A DNA stretch of 64,000 nucleotides from Octopus sinensis (taxonomy: Eukaryota). Below the pieces are notes generated by a model. That model was not told the origin of the DNA. It did no database searches and saw only the letters and a program-made list of their open reading frames with translations. Positions 13,396 through 24,653 of the stretch are shown piece by piece. The stretch covers positions 77,314,001-77,378,000 of the forward strand of contig NC_043003.1 in assembly GCF_006345805.1 (NCBI RefSeq), written 5' to 3'. How positions within the stretch are numbered: position 1 is the stretch's first letter; every line of letters starts with the position of its first letter. Made by a program: the position numbers and the translations under genes.

Positions 13396-13456
13396 TAATA
13401 ACAACAACATCGAAAAATACCTTAGGAATGAGAACCCAGGTTCGAAATTTCCCCAA

Positions 13457-13502
13457 GACACCTGATGAAGGCTGGAGGGTATATCAGCCGAAACGTTGTG
13501 TT
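13457..13502 (+). ncRNA. Minimal type I hammerhead ribozyme motif (Penelope-like)
   Basis: Stem I GACAC/GTGTT; core CTGATGA; extra A; stem II GGCTG/CAGCC; GAAA; palindromic stem III ACGT; GUU cleavage triplet. Confidence 0.75.
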
Positions 13503-14915
13503 AACAACAAACAAGATAAGGACAAATATCAGTCAATTGTAAATAATATAAATAAGACTGTATTAGTTCATTCAATTTCCTACAAGAATATACATAGTTT
13601 TGACATATGTAAAGTAATTACTTTTTTGGTGGGGCTTGTGAAAAGACCTTTATCCTTTCGTGTCGACAAAATAACTACCAGTTGAAGACTGAGGTCGATG
13701 TAATCGATTTACCCACTTCCCCGAAAATTGCTGGCTTTATGCCAAAATTTGAGACCAATATTTGTTCTGTGAGTGAAAGCCTAGACCTTCCAAACTCTTC
13801 AGTCCTGCTGTTAAGTATAGACTAACATACATAAAGTAATGGTCGAAAGAGAATGTTTAATTAATTAAGATTATATTCCCAATCAGTAAACAATCCTTAG
13901 TAATTCTTATAAAAATGAGGTTCCGCGCCTAAAGGGTTAAGGTGCCAATCAAACGCTGGAGTTTGATTCTGCCATCATGTCTGTGTGCACCACCACCCTA
14001 AAAATTGTTACCCTCTGCCTTAAAGAAGAAATCATATTTATAAGTAGCGTTTTTATTACCAAACATAGATAATAATTATATATATAACACGTATGTATAT
14101 GATACATATATAATACAAAACCACATTAAAATAAAAATTCCAAGCAGAAGAAAACACAAGAAATAGTTCACTGACAAACCCCGATATTTAAGGATTTTTT
14201 TTTTTCTGTTAAGCTACGAAAGTAGTGACCCTCATCCCATTTACCGCGGCTAATTATGGAGAAAAGCCTAAAAGAGTTGCTGTAGTTACACGCTTTTTTA
14301 TCTTCTTGGATTAAGTGCCGCGGAGGTCAACATTTGCCTTTCACCTCTCTAAAATCGATAGACCAATAAGTTAATATATTGGAATTGGAATGGATTAAAA
14401 TATTATATAGGCCTATTCATTTTTATCCAAGGAATAATATAAATCGAAATGTTTGTTATTTTTTTTGTTTGTTTTAGTTTTCCTTTTTTTATATCATCCG
14501 TTATCATCTTCTTTTATCTTTACCTGTTTCAGCTATTGGACTGCGGCCAAGCAGTAGCACTGCTTTGAAGGATTTATTCGAACAAATACAAACACACGCA
14601 GACACGCACACGCGCAAACACGCACACACATACGCACACACACACACACACACACACGCACGCACACATGCACGCACACATGCACACACACATGAGTATA
14701 TTCACGAAGGGGTGCTGAAAAGCTCCTGGCTTTGGGTAAAAGAAAATACAGGAGGATCAGTTAATTATGATTTTATGCAACATATTCCCCCTCTCAGATT
14801 CAAACACAAATTGCAGCCATCTTTCTTTTTTTTTCCTAAGCCCTGTAAAAGAACTCGGAAGGTTGGACCTCCAGCCAGGCCTTTCGCAACACACTTAAAA
14901 TATTTATGCATATAT

Positions 14916-15328
14916 ACTCTTTACTCTTTTACTCTTTTACTTGTTTCAGTCATTTGACTGCGGCCATGCTGCAGCACCACCTTTAGTCGAGCAACTCGAC
15001 CCCGGGACTTATTCTTTGTAAGCCCAGTACTTATTCTATCGGTCTCTTTTGCCGAACCGCTAAGTAACGGGGAGATAAACACACCAGCATCGGTTGTCAA
15101 GCAATGCTAGGGGGACAAACACAGACACACAAACATAAACACACATACATATATATACATATATACGACGGGCTTCTTTCAGTTTCCGTCTACCAAATCC
15201 ACTCACAAGGCTTTGGTCGGCCCGAGGCTATAGTAGAAGACACTTGCCCAAGGTGCCACGCAGTGGGACTGAACCCGGAACCATGTGGTTGGTAAACAAG
15301 CTACTTACCACACAGCCACTCCTGCGCC
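14916..15328 (-). mobile_element. SINE family A, representative CpG-rich copy
   Basis: tRNA-like head ggcgcaggagtggctgtgtggtaag, central microsatellite, (GAGTAAAA)n tail. Other copies near 1730-2110, 6410-7200, 12640-13030, 19700-20210, 23135-23545, 24150-24810, 24830-25200, 26350-26600, 28375-28770, 39810-40010, 43375-43660, 45920-46145, 53225-53480, 54200-54480, 59060-59200 and 63410-63745. Confidence 0.85.
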
Positions 15329-17190
15329 TATATTTTGCCAGAGAATTTGACAAGATTAAAATCACCTGTCACAGGCTTAAATATGTTGGTATGCGGATAT
15401 CTGCTTTTCTCTCTGCCGATAGATGAAGTCTTCTGAACATCTCTTGTTCCTCGCTCTATGAAATATTTTGTATTGTTGGAATCATTTGTATTACTTTTTA
15501 CTGACACGGAGCACCACGGATTTTATATTGAAGAATATTTTCATCGATTCCATTACTTGATTTAGTTATTTCATCGATCCTAGTAATTTATTGATTTTTA
15601 TTAATTCTACAACAGTGAAAAGCGATGTCAGAGATTCAAAAGCAAAAGTCATTTAGTATAATACTTTCTCAACGTTTCAAAAGTTCGCTGACTTTCTTAT
15701 CGTTCCATACGACACCATTCGTATGAAACTAATAATTACACCATCCCTAGCAACATCTCTTCCATTTCGTTCAATATTTGCTCTCTGAAAGGTGGCGAGC
15801 TGGCAGAAACGTTAGCACGCTGGGCGAAATGCGTAGCCGTATTTCGTCTGCCGTTACGTTCTGAGTTCAAACTCCGCCGAGGTCGGCTTTACCTTTCATC
15901 TTTTCGGGATAGATAAATTAAGTACCAGTTACGCACTGGGGTCGATGTAATCGACTTAATCCATTTGTCTGTCCTTGTTTGTCCTCTCTGTGTTTAGCCC
16001 CAGGTATTTCGTCTGCCGTTACGTTTTGAGTTCAAATTCCACCGAGGTCGACTTTGCCTTTCATCCTTTCGGGGTTGATAAATTAAGTACACGAAACAGT
16101 GTATTCGCTTAACACGTTAGAAATAGCAACTAATCTCCAAAATATCACCCCTACTGTGCTTATAAAGGATGGAACCTATTTATACATGTTAATGATATCT
16201 TGCTTACGTGAGAGCAGAAACAAAAAAGGGCTGTGGATCGGCAGAATTCTGAGAACCTAACCGTATTTCTTCTTTCACTTTATTGTTTGAGATCAAATCC
16301 TGCCGATACCAACTTTGTTTTCATTATTTTGAGCCAATGAAATATAGAACCAATCATGTGCTCCCCTTTAGAATCGCTGGCTTCATGCCTAAATCAGAAA
16401 TCATTATTTCTGAAACAAGGATATCATGATCACGGTCTGAACGTCATTCAAGGTTAAAAAACACCTATTCTATCGGATTCACTTCTCTGTTGACCCTCGA
16501 GTTGTCTTCAAAATTAAAAATAAAAAGCAGAAAAATGTGATCATGTGAACACATTTTTATATTTCTCACCACCAAAAGTCTATTTTAACACCGTTTGTAT
16601 TCACCGTGCATTTAACGATATAAATATTTATCTAGCCGCCCATCTGCCCATTGTGGTAGAACCTGCGAAGATCATGGGCGTTGTCCCCTCTACATTAGAT
16701 TAATGTATATCGAAAGTTATAATTATGGTCTCATAAGTTATTTATAAAAATGTGAAGAAGGCTGAAATCAGCAAGAAAGAAAAACAGGTCAAAACTGTTT
16801 AATTTTAAAATCGTTAAATCTATATCACTTCTTTCTTTTAAGCAATCAGAGATACAAGTGCCCAGCCCTTCCTCTTGTTCCAACGTTTTTCAGCTAGCAA
16901 CATAAGAATCGATGATCAGCTTGGTCAAATGCTTTGACGAAATCAAGGTATACGCAATCAACTCTTGCTCCAAATAGAACAATCTTCGGAATTTGATTTT
17001 ACAGCTGTGGAAATATTCTATAAGTGTTGGGAACTTAGGATGATATGTGACTGGCCCTCTTTCCACAGCAGGTTAAATTACTTCAAAGAAATGGTGATGA
17101 TTGTTAAAATCAACCAAAAACATCAAAGAACTAAGCATTCGTTTAATTCGTTTTAATTTAAAGTAAATATATGGCATGAAATATCCGAGT

Positions 17191-17264
17191 AGCTCCATAG
17201 CTCAGTTGGTTAGCTCGCCACTCTAGTAAACTGGACGTTGGCAGTTCGACTCTCTATAGAGCCT
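17191..17264 (+). pseudogene. Decayed tRNA-Thr(AGT) copy
   Basis: Collinear with the two intact copies, but the D-stem (GCTC/GCTC), anticodon stem and T-stem are broken; long T run downstream. Confidence 0.85.
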
Positions 17265-18033
17265 TAGTTATCAAGTCGATTTTACTGGGTTTTTTTTTTT
17301 TTTGCTAAAAGTAATGAATTGATAGACCGTGATTTGGTGGGAACAAGGACAGCTTGGTGAATAGGGATAAAAAAGAAAATTAAAATGCTGATGTCAGTAT
17401 GGTAAGAGCTCTAGTCTACTGATTGATTTCATGCCCTTGGATGATAGATAATTTATTGGTGGTAACAGGCATCGGCTCCTTGAGAGTCAAAAATGGTCAT
17501 CAGAGAATTTCTACGACTTGATTAGTTCCAATATCTGGCCTCTTAATTAAGAGCCCCCATTATGTTGCTAGGAAGTTTGGCTATTCCAAAACTCCAAAGG
17601 TGATGAGTTGACAGAATTGTTAGCACGCTGGGCGAAATGCGTAGCCGTATTTCGTCTGGCGTTATGTTCTGAGTTCAAATTCTGCCGAGGTCGACTTTAC
17701 CTTTCATCCTTCGGGGTCGATAAATTAAGTACCAGTTGCGTACTGGGGTCGATGTAATCGACTGTCCCCCTCCCCAAAAGTTTCGGGCCTTGTGCCTAGA
17801 GCAGAAAAGAATCATTAGCACGCCAAACAAAATGCTAGGCAGCGTATCTTCTGGCTTTACGCTTTCAGTTCAAATTCCGCGTGATCGACTTTGCCTTTCA
17901 TCCTTTTGAAATTGTCAAATAAGTACCAGTCGAGTACTGCTGTCCCAAAATTTCAGGATTTGCGCTTGTTATAAAAAGGACTGTTATACTCCACAAGTAT
18001 GTCTTCAGTTATATGTGTGTGTGTGCAGAACTT

Positions 18034-18128
<95 letters not shown>

Positions 18129-18943
18129 CACTCTCTCTCTCTCTCTCTCTCTCTCAATAAATTCTTATCTAAGTACTGAATGGAATCAACCAAATATCAT
18201 TTGCGGTTGCATGTATTTGAATTCCATCAAACACTCAAGGCCTCAAATTTGTGGAAAGGATTTAGTCGATTAAAATTGACCCCAGTATATGTGACTGATA
18301 CTTTATTGTTTAACTTCAAAGGGATGAAAGACAAAACTGAACTTTGCGAGATTTCACAAAACCTTATATCCGATGTGCTCATACCCCTCTCAAACTGCTG
18401 CAGTCACATAGATCAATGGTCCCAAATCTTTATTCGCACCGCATACCGGTTTCATGCAAGACAATTTTTCTACGGGCCAGGAGCTCACCTGTATAACAAA
18501 ACATAATAAAGCGCATAATATATAATTTAATTATTACATGTTAACACATTTATATGATATATATGATACACGCATAATACAAAAACATCCAACAGACTGT
18601 GATAATCAAAAAAACTTTTAATCTGTTCTTTCTCTGTGACCCGGTACTAAATGATCCACGGCTCGGTGGCTGGGGATACCTAAGACAGGGGACAAAAAGT
18701 TATTCATAGATGCTACACCAAAATATTCTAGGTTGCTTAGCCACAAGAAATGAAGTGGTGAATGATATTAAATATATGTTTATAATATTTTATTTGTCGG
18801 CTAAATGATTATAGCATTGGACTCGTTCCTGCGTTTTGACACATAGATATCGCAATTCGATCATACTCGAAAACCCAAGTGTTATCCAATGAACTGCTGC
18901 TGTTCATGTGATAGCTCAGTAACTCGTCTAGACTTTCCATAAA

Positions 18944-19264
18944 GACTCCGCCGGTTACGACGACGAGGGTCCCAGATGATACGATCAATGGAACAGCTTG
19001 CTCGTGAAATTAACGTGCAAATGGCTGAGCATTCCACAGACACGTGTACCCTTAACGTAGTTCTCGGGGATAATCAGCGTGACACAGAGAGTGACAAGGC
19101 TGACCCTTTGAAATACAAGTACAACTCATTTTTGCCAGCTGAGTGGACTGGAGCAACGTGAAATAAAGTGTCTTGCTCAAGGGCACAACGCGTCGCCGGG
19201 AATCGAACTCACAACCTTACGATCATGAGCCGAATGCCCTAACCACTAAGCCACGCGCCCTCAC
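18944..19264 (-). mobile_element. tRNA-derived SINE (family C head), intact
   Basis: Same head as 3516; 14-bp TSD AGACTTTCCATAAA at 18930-18943 and 19265-19278. Confidence 0.88.
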
Positions 19265-19930
19265 AGACTTTCCATAAACACTGCCTATAAATACAGTCAA
19301 ATTTGCCGCCAACTTTGTAAAGTGTCGCAAACGTTTCCTACTCTCGCCATATTCAGAGTATCTCGAGTCGAGTTGGCGTACACTCTCCTAAGAAGTGTTT
19401 TCACAGCTTATATCCGATGTGCTCATACCCCTCTCAAACTGCTGCAGTAATGATGGAAGAAGACACACCACGGCACCTGAATATGTATTTGATATGTAAA
19501 AATTATCGCAAATGTTCAGTTTCTAATAAAGTAGTGTCATATTAGGCTGTTTCATTTGAATGTTTGAAGTAATTGTATTGCATGAGTATCTTTTCTATTA
19601 ATTTCCTTTGTTACATGATCATACAAGACAGAGTTAACCGTGATATGATGCAAAAAGAGAATATACTAGCCTTCATGTTTCACGGCATGTTGCGCTACTC
19701 TTTTATTTGTTTCAGTCATTTGACTGCGGCCATGCTAGAGCACCGCCTTTAGTTGAACAAATCAACAAGACTCATTCTTTGTAAGATTAGTATTTATTTC
19801 TATGGGTCACTTTTGCCGAACCGCTAAGTTACGGAAACATAAACACACCAGCATCGCTGTTAAGCGACGGTGGGGGACAAACACGCACACACAACCCCCC
19901 CCCCACACACACACACAGACAACACATACA

Positions 19931-19964
<34 letters not shown>

Positions 19965-19978
19965 CATATATACATATA

Positions 19979-20010
<32 letters not shown>

Positions 20011-20027
20011 TTCTTCAATTCACCAAT

Positions 20028-20058
<31 letters not shown>

Positions 20059-20706
20059 CGACAGGTTGCTTTCAATTTCCGTCTACCAAATCCATTCACT
20101 AGGTTTTGGTCGGCCCGAGGCTATAGTAGAAAACATTTGCCCAAGATGCCACGCAGTGGAACTGAACCCGGAACCGTGTGGTTAGTAAGCAAGCTACTTA
20201 CCACACAGCCAGTAATATTTTTTTCTATTCCAGTATATTACTGTGACTTCTTTAATCGTCTCTTGAACAAAGATAAAAGTGGTGACACGAATAGACGAGT
20301 AGAATGAAACAAAAATGCTGTACAGTTATCCGTTGGAGTTATTGTTATTTAGCCGAGGTTAGACCAGACAATAAAACCTTTGATCACAAGAGTTGCAGCT
20401 ATGACTCTTCCAGGTCTTTGTCTTGTATGATTTCAGTTTCCGTCGACTAAACCCACTGATAAGGCTTAAAGCGATCCAGAAGATGACATTTACCCGAGGT
20501 TCCACGCAGTAGGACTCAACCCAAAACCACATGGTTTGATAAAACATTTTTTAACTACACACAGACACACACACAACGTGTATATAGTTTGCTGTTCCGT
20601 TGTAGGTAGTAGCAACCAAAATATTACTCGATCTAATGAGAGATGTTACTTAATATACACTATTTAAATGAGAGCTCTCATTTAAACACTGTGTGTATAT
20701 ATATAT

Positions 20707-20720
20707 ACAGCGCTATTACG

Positions 20721-20800
<80 letters not shown>

Positions 20801-20814
20801 CGTAATAGCGCTGT
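20707..20814. repeat. Near-perfect 108-bp palindrome centred on an AT repeat
   Basis: ACAGCGCTATTACG-(AT)11-(TA)17-(AT)12-CGTAATAGCGCTGT. Confidence 0.9.
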
Positions 20815-21559
20815 TTTCAGTTATAACAGCGTTAAAAATAAACGGTAATACGAACCAATAACCAAAGAGTGAGTTACTTCCCTTGTTTATTTAAGAGTTG
20901 CTTCCCCTACATAAATTATTGGTATTTTTACTGTGAAGTCGCATTATCCTGACAATAACGATTTTGAAAGAAAGGAAAAAAGCGGTTGATACTCCCTTTG
21001 AAGGGGACTTGATTCACATACATGCCGCTTCTGCGTGTCTCTGTTACATATTACACTACATATTTAATACACCCCTATTTCAGTGGTGCATATTTAGGGA
21101 GGGGGAAAGGGTTTTAGCACATTAAAGTGTGTAGTATAAACTTAATTTTGCTAACAGGATGCTAAGGAAGAGATCTGAGGAAGATATGGTTGCTATATCT
21201 AGCTGGTCAAGCAACCACATAGAAGTTCATTTATTGGCTCATACTATCCTAGCATATGTGCTACAGGTGACCAAAATAACATAGGAATATTTCTCCATAT
21301 GACAATTGATAAATATCCCCAATATCAAGTGCAATGATACTTATTGAGATACTGAGCAATTTTCAGTGTCTTCTGGTTGAAAGTCAGTGAAATATCTACA
21401 TCCGGAAATGAATTCAGAAACTGAAACTGGCATTCTGAAGTTATAGTCATTCATTCTGGGAGTATTTTCATTACTAGTACTGCAATGCATCACTGGCAAA
21501 TAAGAAAAAAAATGTAGTAGCTTTCAACAGCCAAAACCACCAGTCTGTAAATAGGAACC

Positions 21560-22200
21560 CCACAAGGGTAAATTTAACCATCATCTAACAAGCTTGCTGT
21601 CAGCTACAGATCTAATAAGCATTGCTGTCTTAAAGCATAGTAACAGAAAGAGAATAAGCCTAGATGGAATGTAGTTTTCAATTATACCAGGATAAGGTAC
21701 CACTGATGCCTACTTCTTAAGAAAACAACGAGGAAAGTACTTAGCTAAGAGTAAACCATTATACCCAACATTTGTTGATCTGGAGGCCTTTCACAGGGTT
21801 CCATGCTTTATAGTTTCATAGTTATTAAGAAAAGTGGAGATGAATGATTTGTGAGAGGTGAGCAAGTCATGTATAGAGATGATGACAGTAAAATGAAATT
21901 CAGACAGTGAGTAAATTAAGGAACTTAGTATGCAGGTAGGTGTCTATTGGGGCTTGGTTCTCAGGCCCTAGTGTTTGTTGCAGTTTAACAGGTTGTAAGA
22001 AAGTGCTTAAAACCAGTTGACCATGGAACTCCTGTATGCCAATGGCCTTGCCTAGAATGAAGAGATCTGCAAGTAGGTCTGAAAAAGATAAAAGTTTTAA
22101 TCAGCAAAACAGAAATCAGGCCTCTGCTGTCATTCAGAAAAGAAGCAGATAGGAATTGCACATGGTGTTCCCAATGCAAACTGCATTGCACAAGAGGTGT
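21560..22200 (+). mobile_element. Heavily decayed RTE-like reverse transcriptase fragment
   Basis: Broken frames give SKPLYPTFVDLEAFHRVP (compare AFVDLEKAFDRVP); boundaries approximate. Confidence 0.6.
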
Positions 22201-22236
22201 AATAATAAGACCTTAGGTAAGCTGAGAAAAAAGGAC

Positions 22237-22270
<34 letters not shown>

Positions 22271-23628
22271 ATAGGAATAGAACTTAACATTGTCCACCTC
22301 AAGTACTGTCTATATATTCATAATTATCAACAGAGGAGTCTAGTGTAATCCATAGGCAGGAGAGGTGCAGCTGAAGTGTAGGAAGTCCAGTAGAAGTTTG
22401 TGGGTGATGAGAGGAGACAGGTAGAATCCATAGAAGTGTAGAATCAGTGAAAGTTCGTGGGTGATGAGAGGAGACAGGATCAACTGGTGTGACCACATGA
22501 GCCCTCTTCTCCTAGCTCTCCTATGTGACCCTTCTGTCCAGCATTCGCCATGATAGATCATTCTTTATTTTCTCTCCTTGTTTCTCTTTGTGTTCCTTTC
22601 TGTGGAAGAGCGTAGGCTCAAAATGTTAAAGACTTTTTCACTTCCCGAGCGTTAAACTAAAACATCTGTTTGTTGTCTACACCACCTGTCTTTGTCTTTT
22701 GTTTTTTTTTGTGAATTCACCCCCTGTATATATAATTATATATATAAGGCTTGGCTTCATGCTCTTGCTTGATGAGGCTGGGGTCATTCCAAGTTAGTAG
22801 TCCCAGAGATATCATCATGCATAGAACCAACCAGGTCCACCAGTACTTTCCATCACTGGTGGTCCTGCATCCTCCAAGGTGATGTCAAGCATCTGGAGAT
22901 CTTCCCCAATTGTGTCCAGCCATCTAGTATGGGGCCTGCCACAAGGCCTCTTCCAGCCCACAGTTGCTAGAATGAATGAAACTAAAGCCCTGGTAATGAT
23001 GCTTGGTTACCAATATCATGGTGGTTGCTTGTTGGTATGTGTTGTATTGTAGAAGACCATCATTGTGTGGTCTAGCTGGCTGCATGTATAATAAATGAAG
23101 CAACTCACAAAATTTTAACTTTTAACATATTTATTGCTGGAGTGGCTGTGTGGTAAGTAGCTTGCTTACCAGCCACATGGTTCCAGGTTCAGTCCCACTG
23201 CATGGCACCTTAGGCAAGTGTCTTCTACTATAGCCGACCAAAGCCTTGTGAGTGGATTTGGCAAACAGAAACTGAAAGAGGCCCGTCGTTTATATGTATA
23301 TACATATATATGTATGTGTGTGTGTGTGTATATGTGTCTGTGTTTGTTCCCCCCAACATCGCTTGACAACTGATGCTGGTAAGCTTACATCCCCATAACT
23401 TAGCAGTTCAGCAAAAGAGACCAATAGAATAAGTACTAGGCTTACAAAGAATAAGTCCTGGAGTCGATTTGCTTGATTAAAAGTGGTGCTCCAGTATGGC
23501 TAGTGTCAAATGACTGAAACAAGTAAAAGAGTAAGAGTAAGAGTAAGGACATGAAAAATGCTGGTAATATAACTGCTAACTGGGAGACAAGAATCATGCA
23601 GTCTCTGCAGAAAGTTTGCTATGGTACA

Positions 23629-24024
23629 TCTTTATATATAAAAGTAAGGTTGTGTGCTGTCTGTCTCCTACGATTCAGATTCCTAACTACTCCCACATTT
23701 TGCGGTGCAGTTTAACCAAAACCGGATGTCTTATAGTCGTGATTCATATCAAGCCCTTCTGGATATTAGCGCGCGTCTACGATGAGTCTACGATTTTAAA
23801 AAAATTTACCATCAATTTTTCCCATTTTAATGCATTTTTGGCATATATAAGGGAAGTAACTCTCTAAAAATATATTAAATCTCAGAACGTAAAAAGCTAC
23901 AGTAACATTCCCCCCCCCCTTTGTGGTTAGCCATATTGAGATGGCTATTATACTTTACATCTCTAAAAATGCTTATATAGTTATTTCCCTTACAAACCCG
24001 AGCAACGCCGGGCGATACTGCTAG
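23629..24024 (+). mobile_element. Non-autonomous Helitron (396 bp)
   Basis: 5' TC, 3' CTAG, subterminal hairpin CCCGAGCAACGCCGGG (23997-24012), inserted between A and T with no TSD. Confidence 0.85.
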
Positions 24025-24598
24025 TTGTATCTAAAATTGTTTCTTGCTCAAGGTGATCTGTCTGAGTGCCTAAGGTGATCAGCTTAAGTGCCTGAAATTG
24101 TCTGGTCTTAGCAGCCTGCTAAGGCCATCTGGTTGAAATATATATACTCTTTTACTCTTTTACTTGTTTCAGTCATTTGACTGTGACCATACTGGAGCAC
24201 CACCTTTAGTCAAGCAAATCTTCGACTTATTCATTGTAAGCCTAGTACTTATTCTATCGGTCTCTTTTGCCGAACCACTAAGTTACGGGGACGTAAACTC
24301 ACCAGCATCGGTTGTCAAGAGATGTTGGGAAGACAGACACACAAACATATACACACACATACATGTATATATATATATATATATAGATTATATAGATTAT
24401 TTATATCTTAAAAATATTGATTATATTTTAGGTTTTGAAACCACCTGAAGAATGTCTCATAGAAGTGCTGACACAAAACGATTGTAGTGGTTATTTTAAT
24501 TATATTTAATTTATATAAAAATTTTTATGTATTGGCTTAAGTCTTTCTTTGTTTGATTTGCATAATAGTAGTTTTGTCTCTAATTAATATAATATATA

Positions 24599-24653
<55 letters not shown>

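Noticed and set aside
18390-18392. In-frame TGA as selenocysteine
   Set aside because: The context (TAAV*EGY) matches no selenoprotein motif I know and no SECIS was identified; kept only as an unexplained stop.
21175-21215. CTGAGGA followed by hairpin AGATAT/ATATCT
   Set aside because: Stem II-like hairpin is present, but it is followed by AGCT rather than GAAA and there is no stem I.
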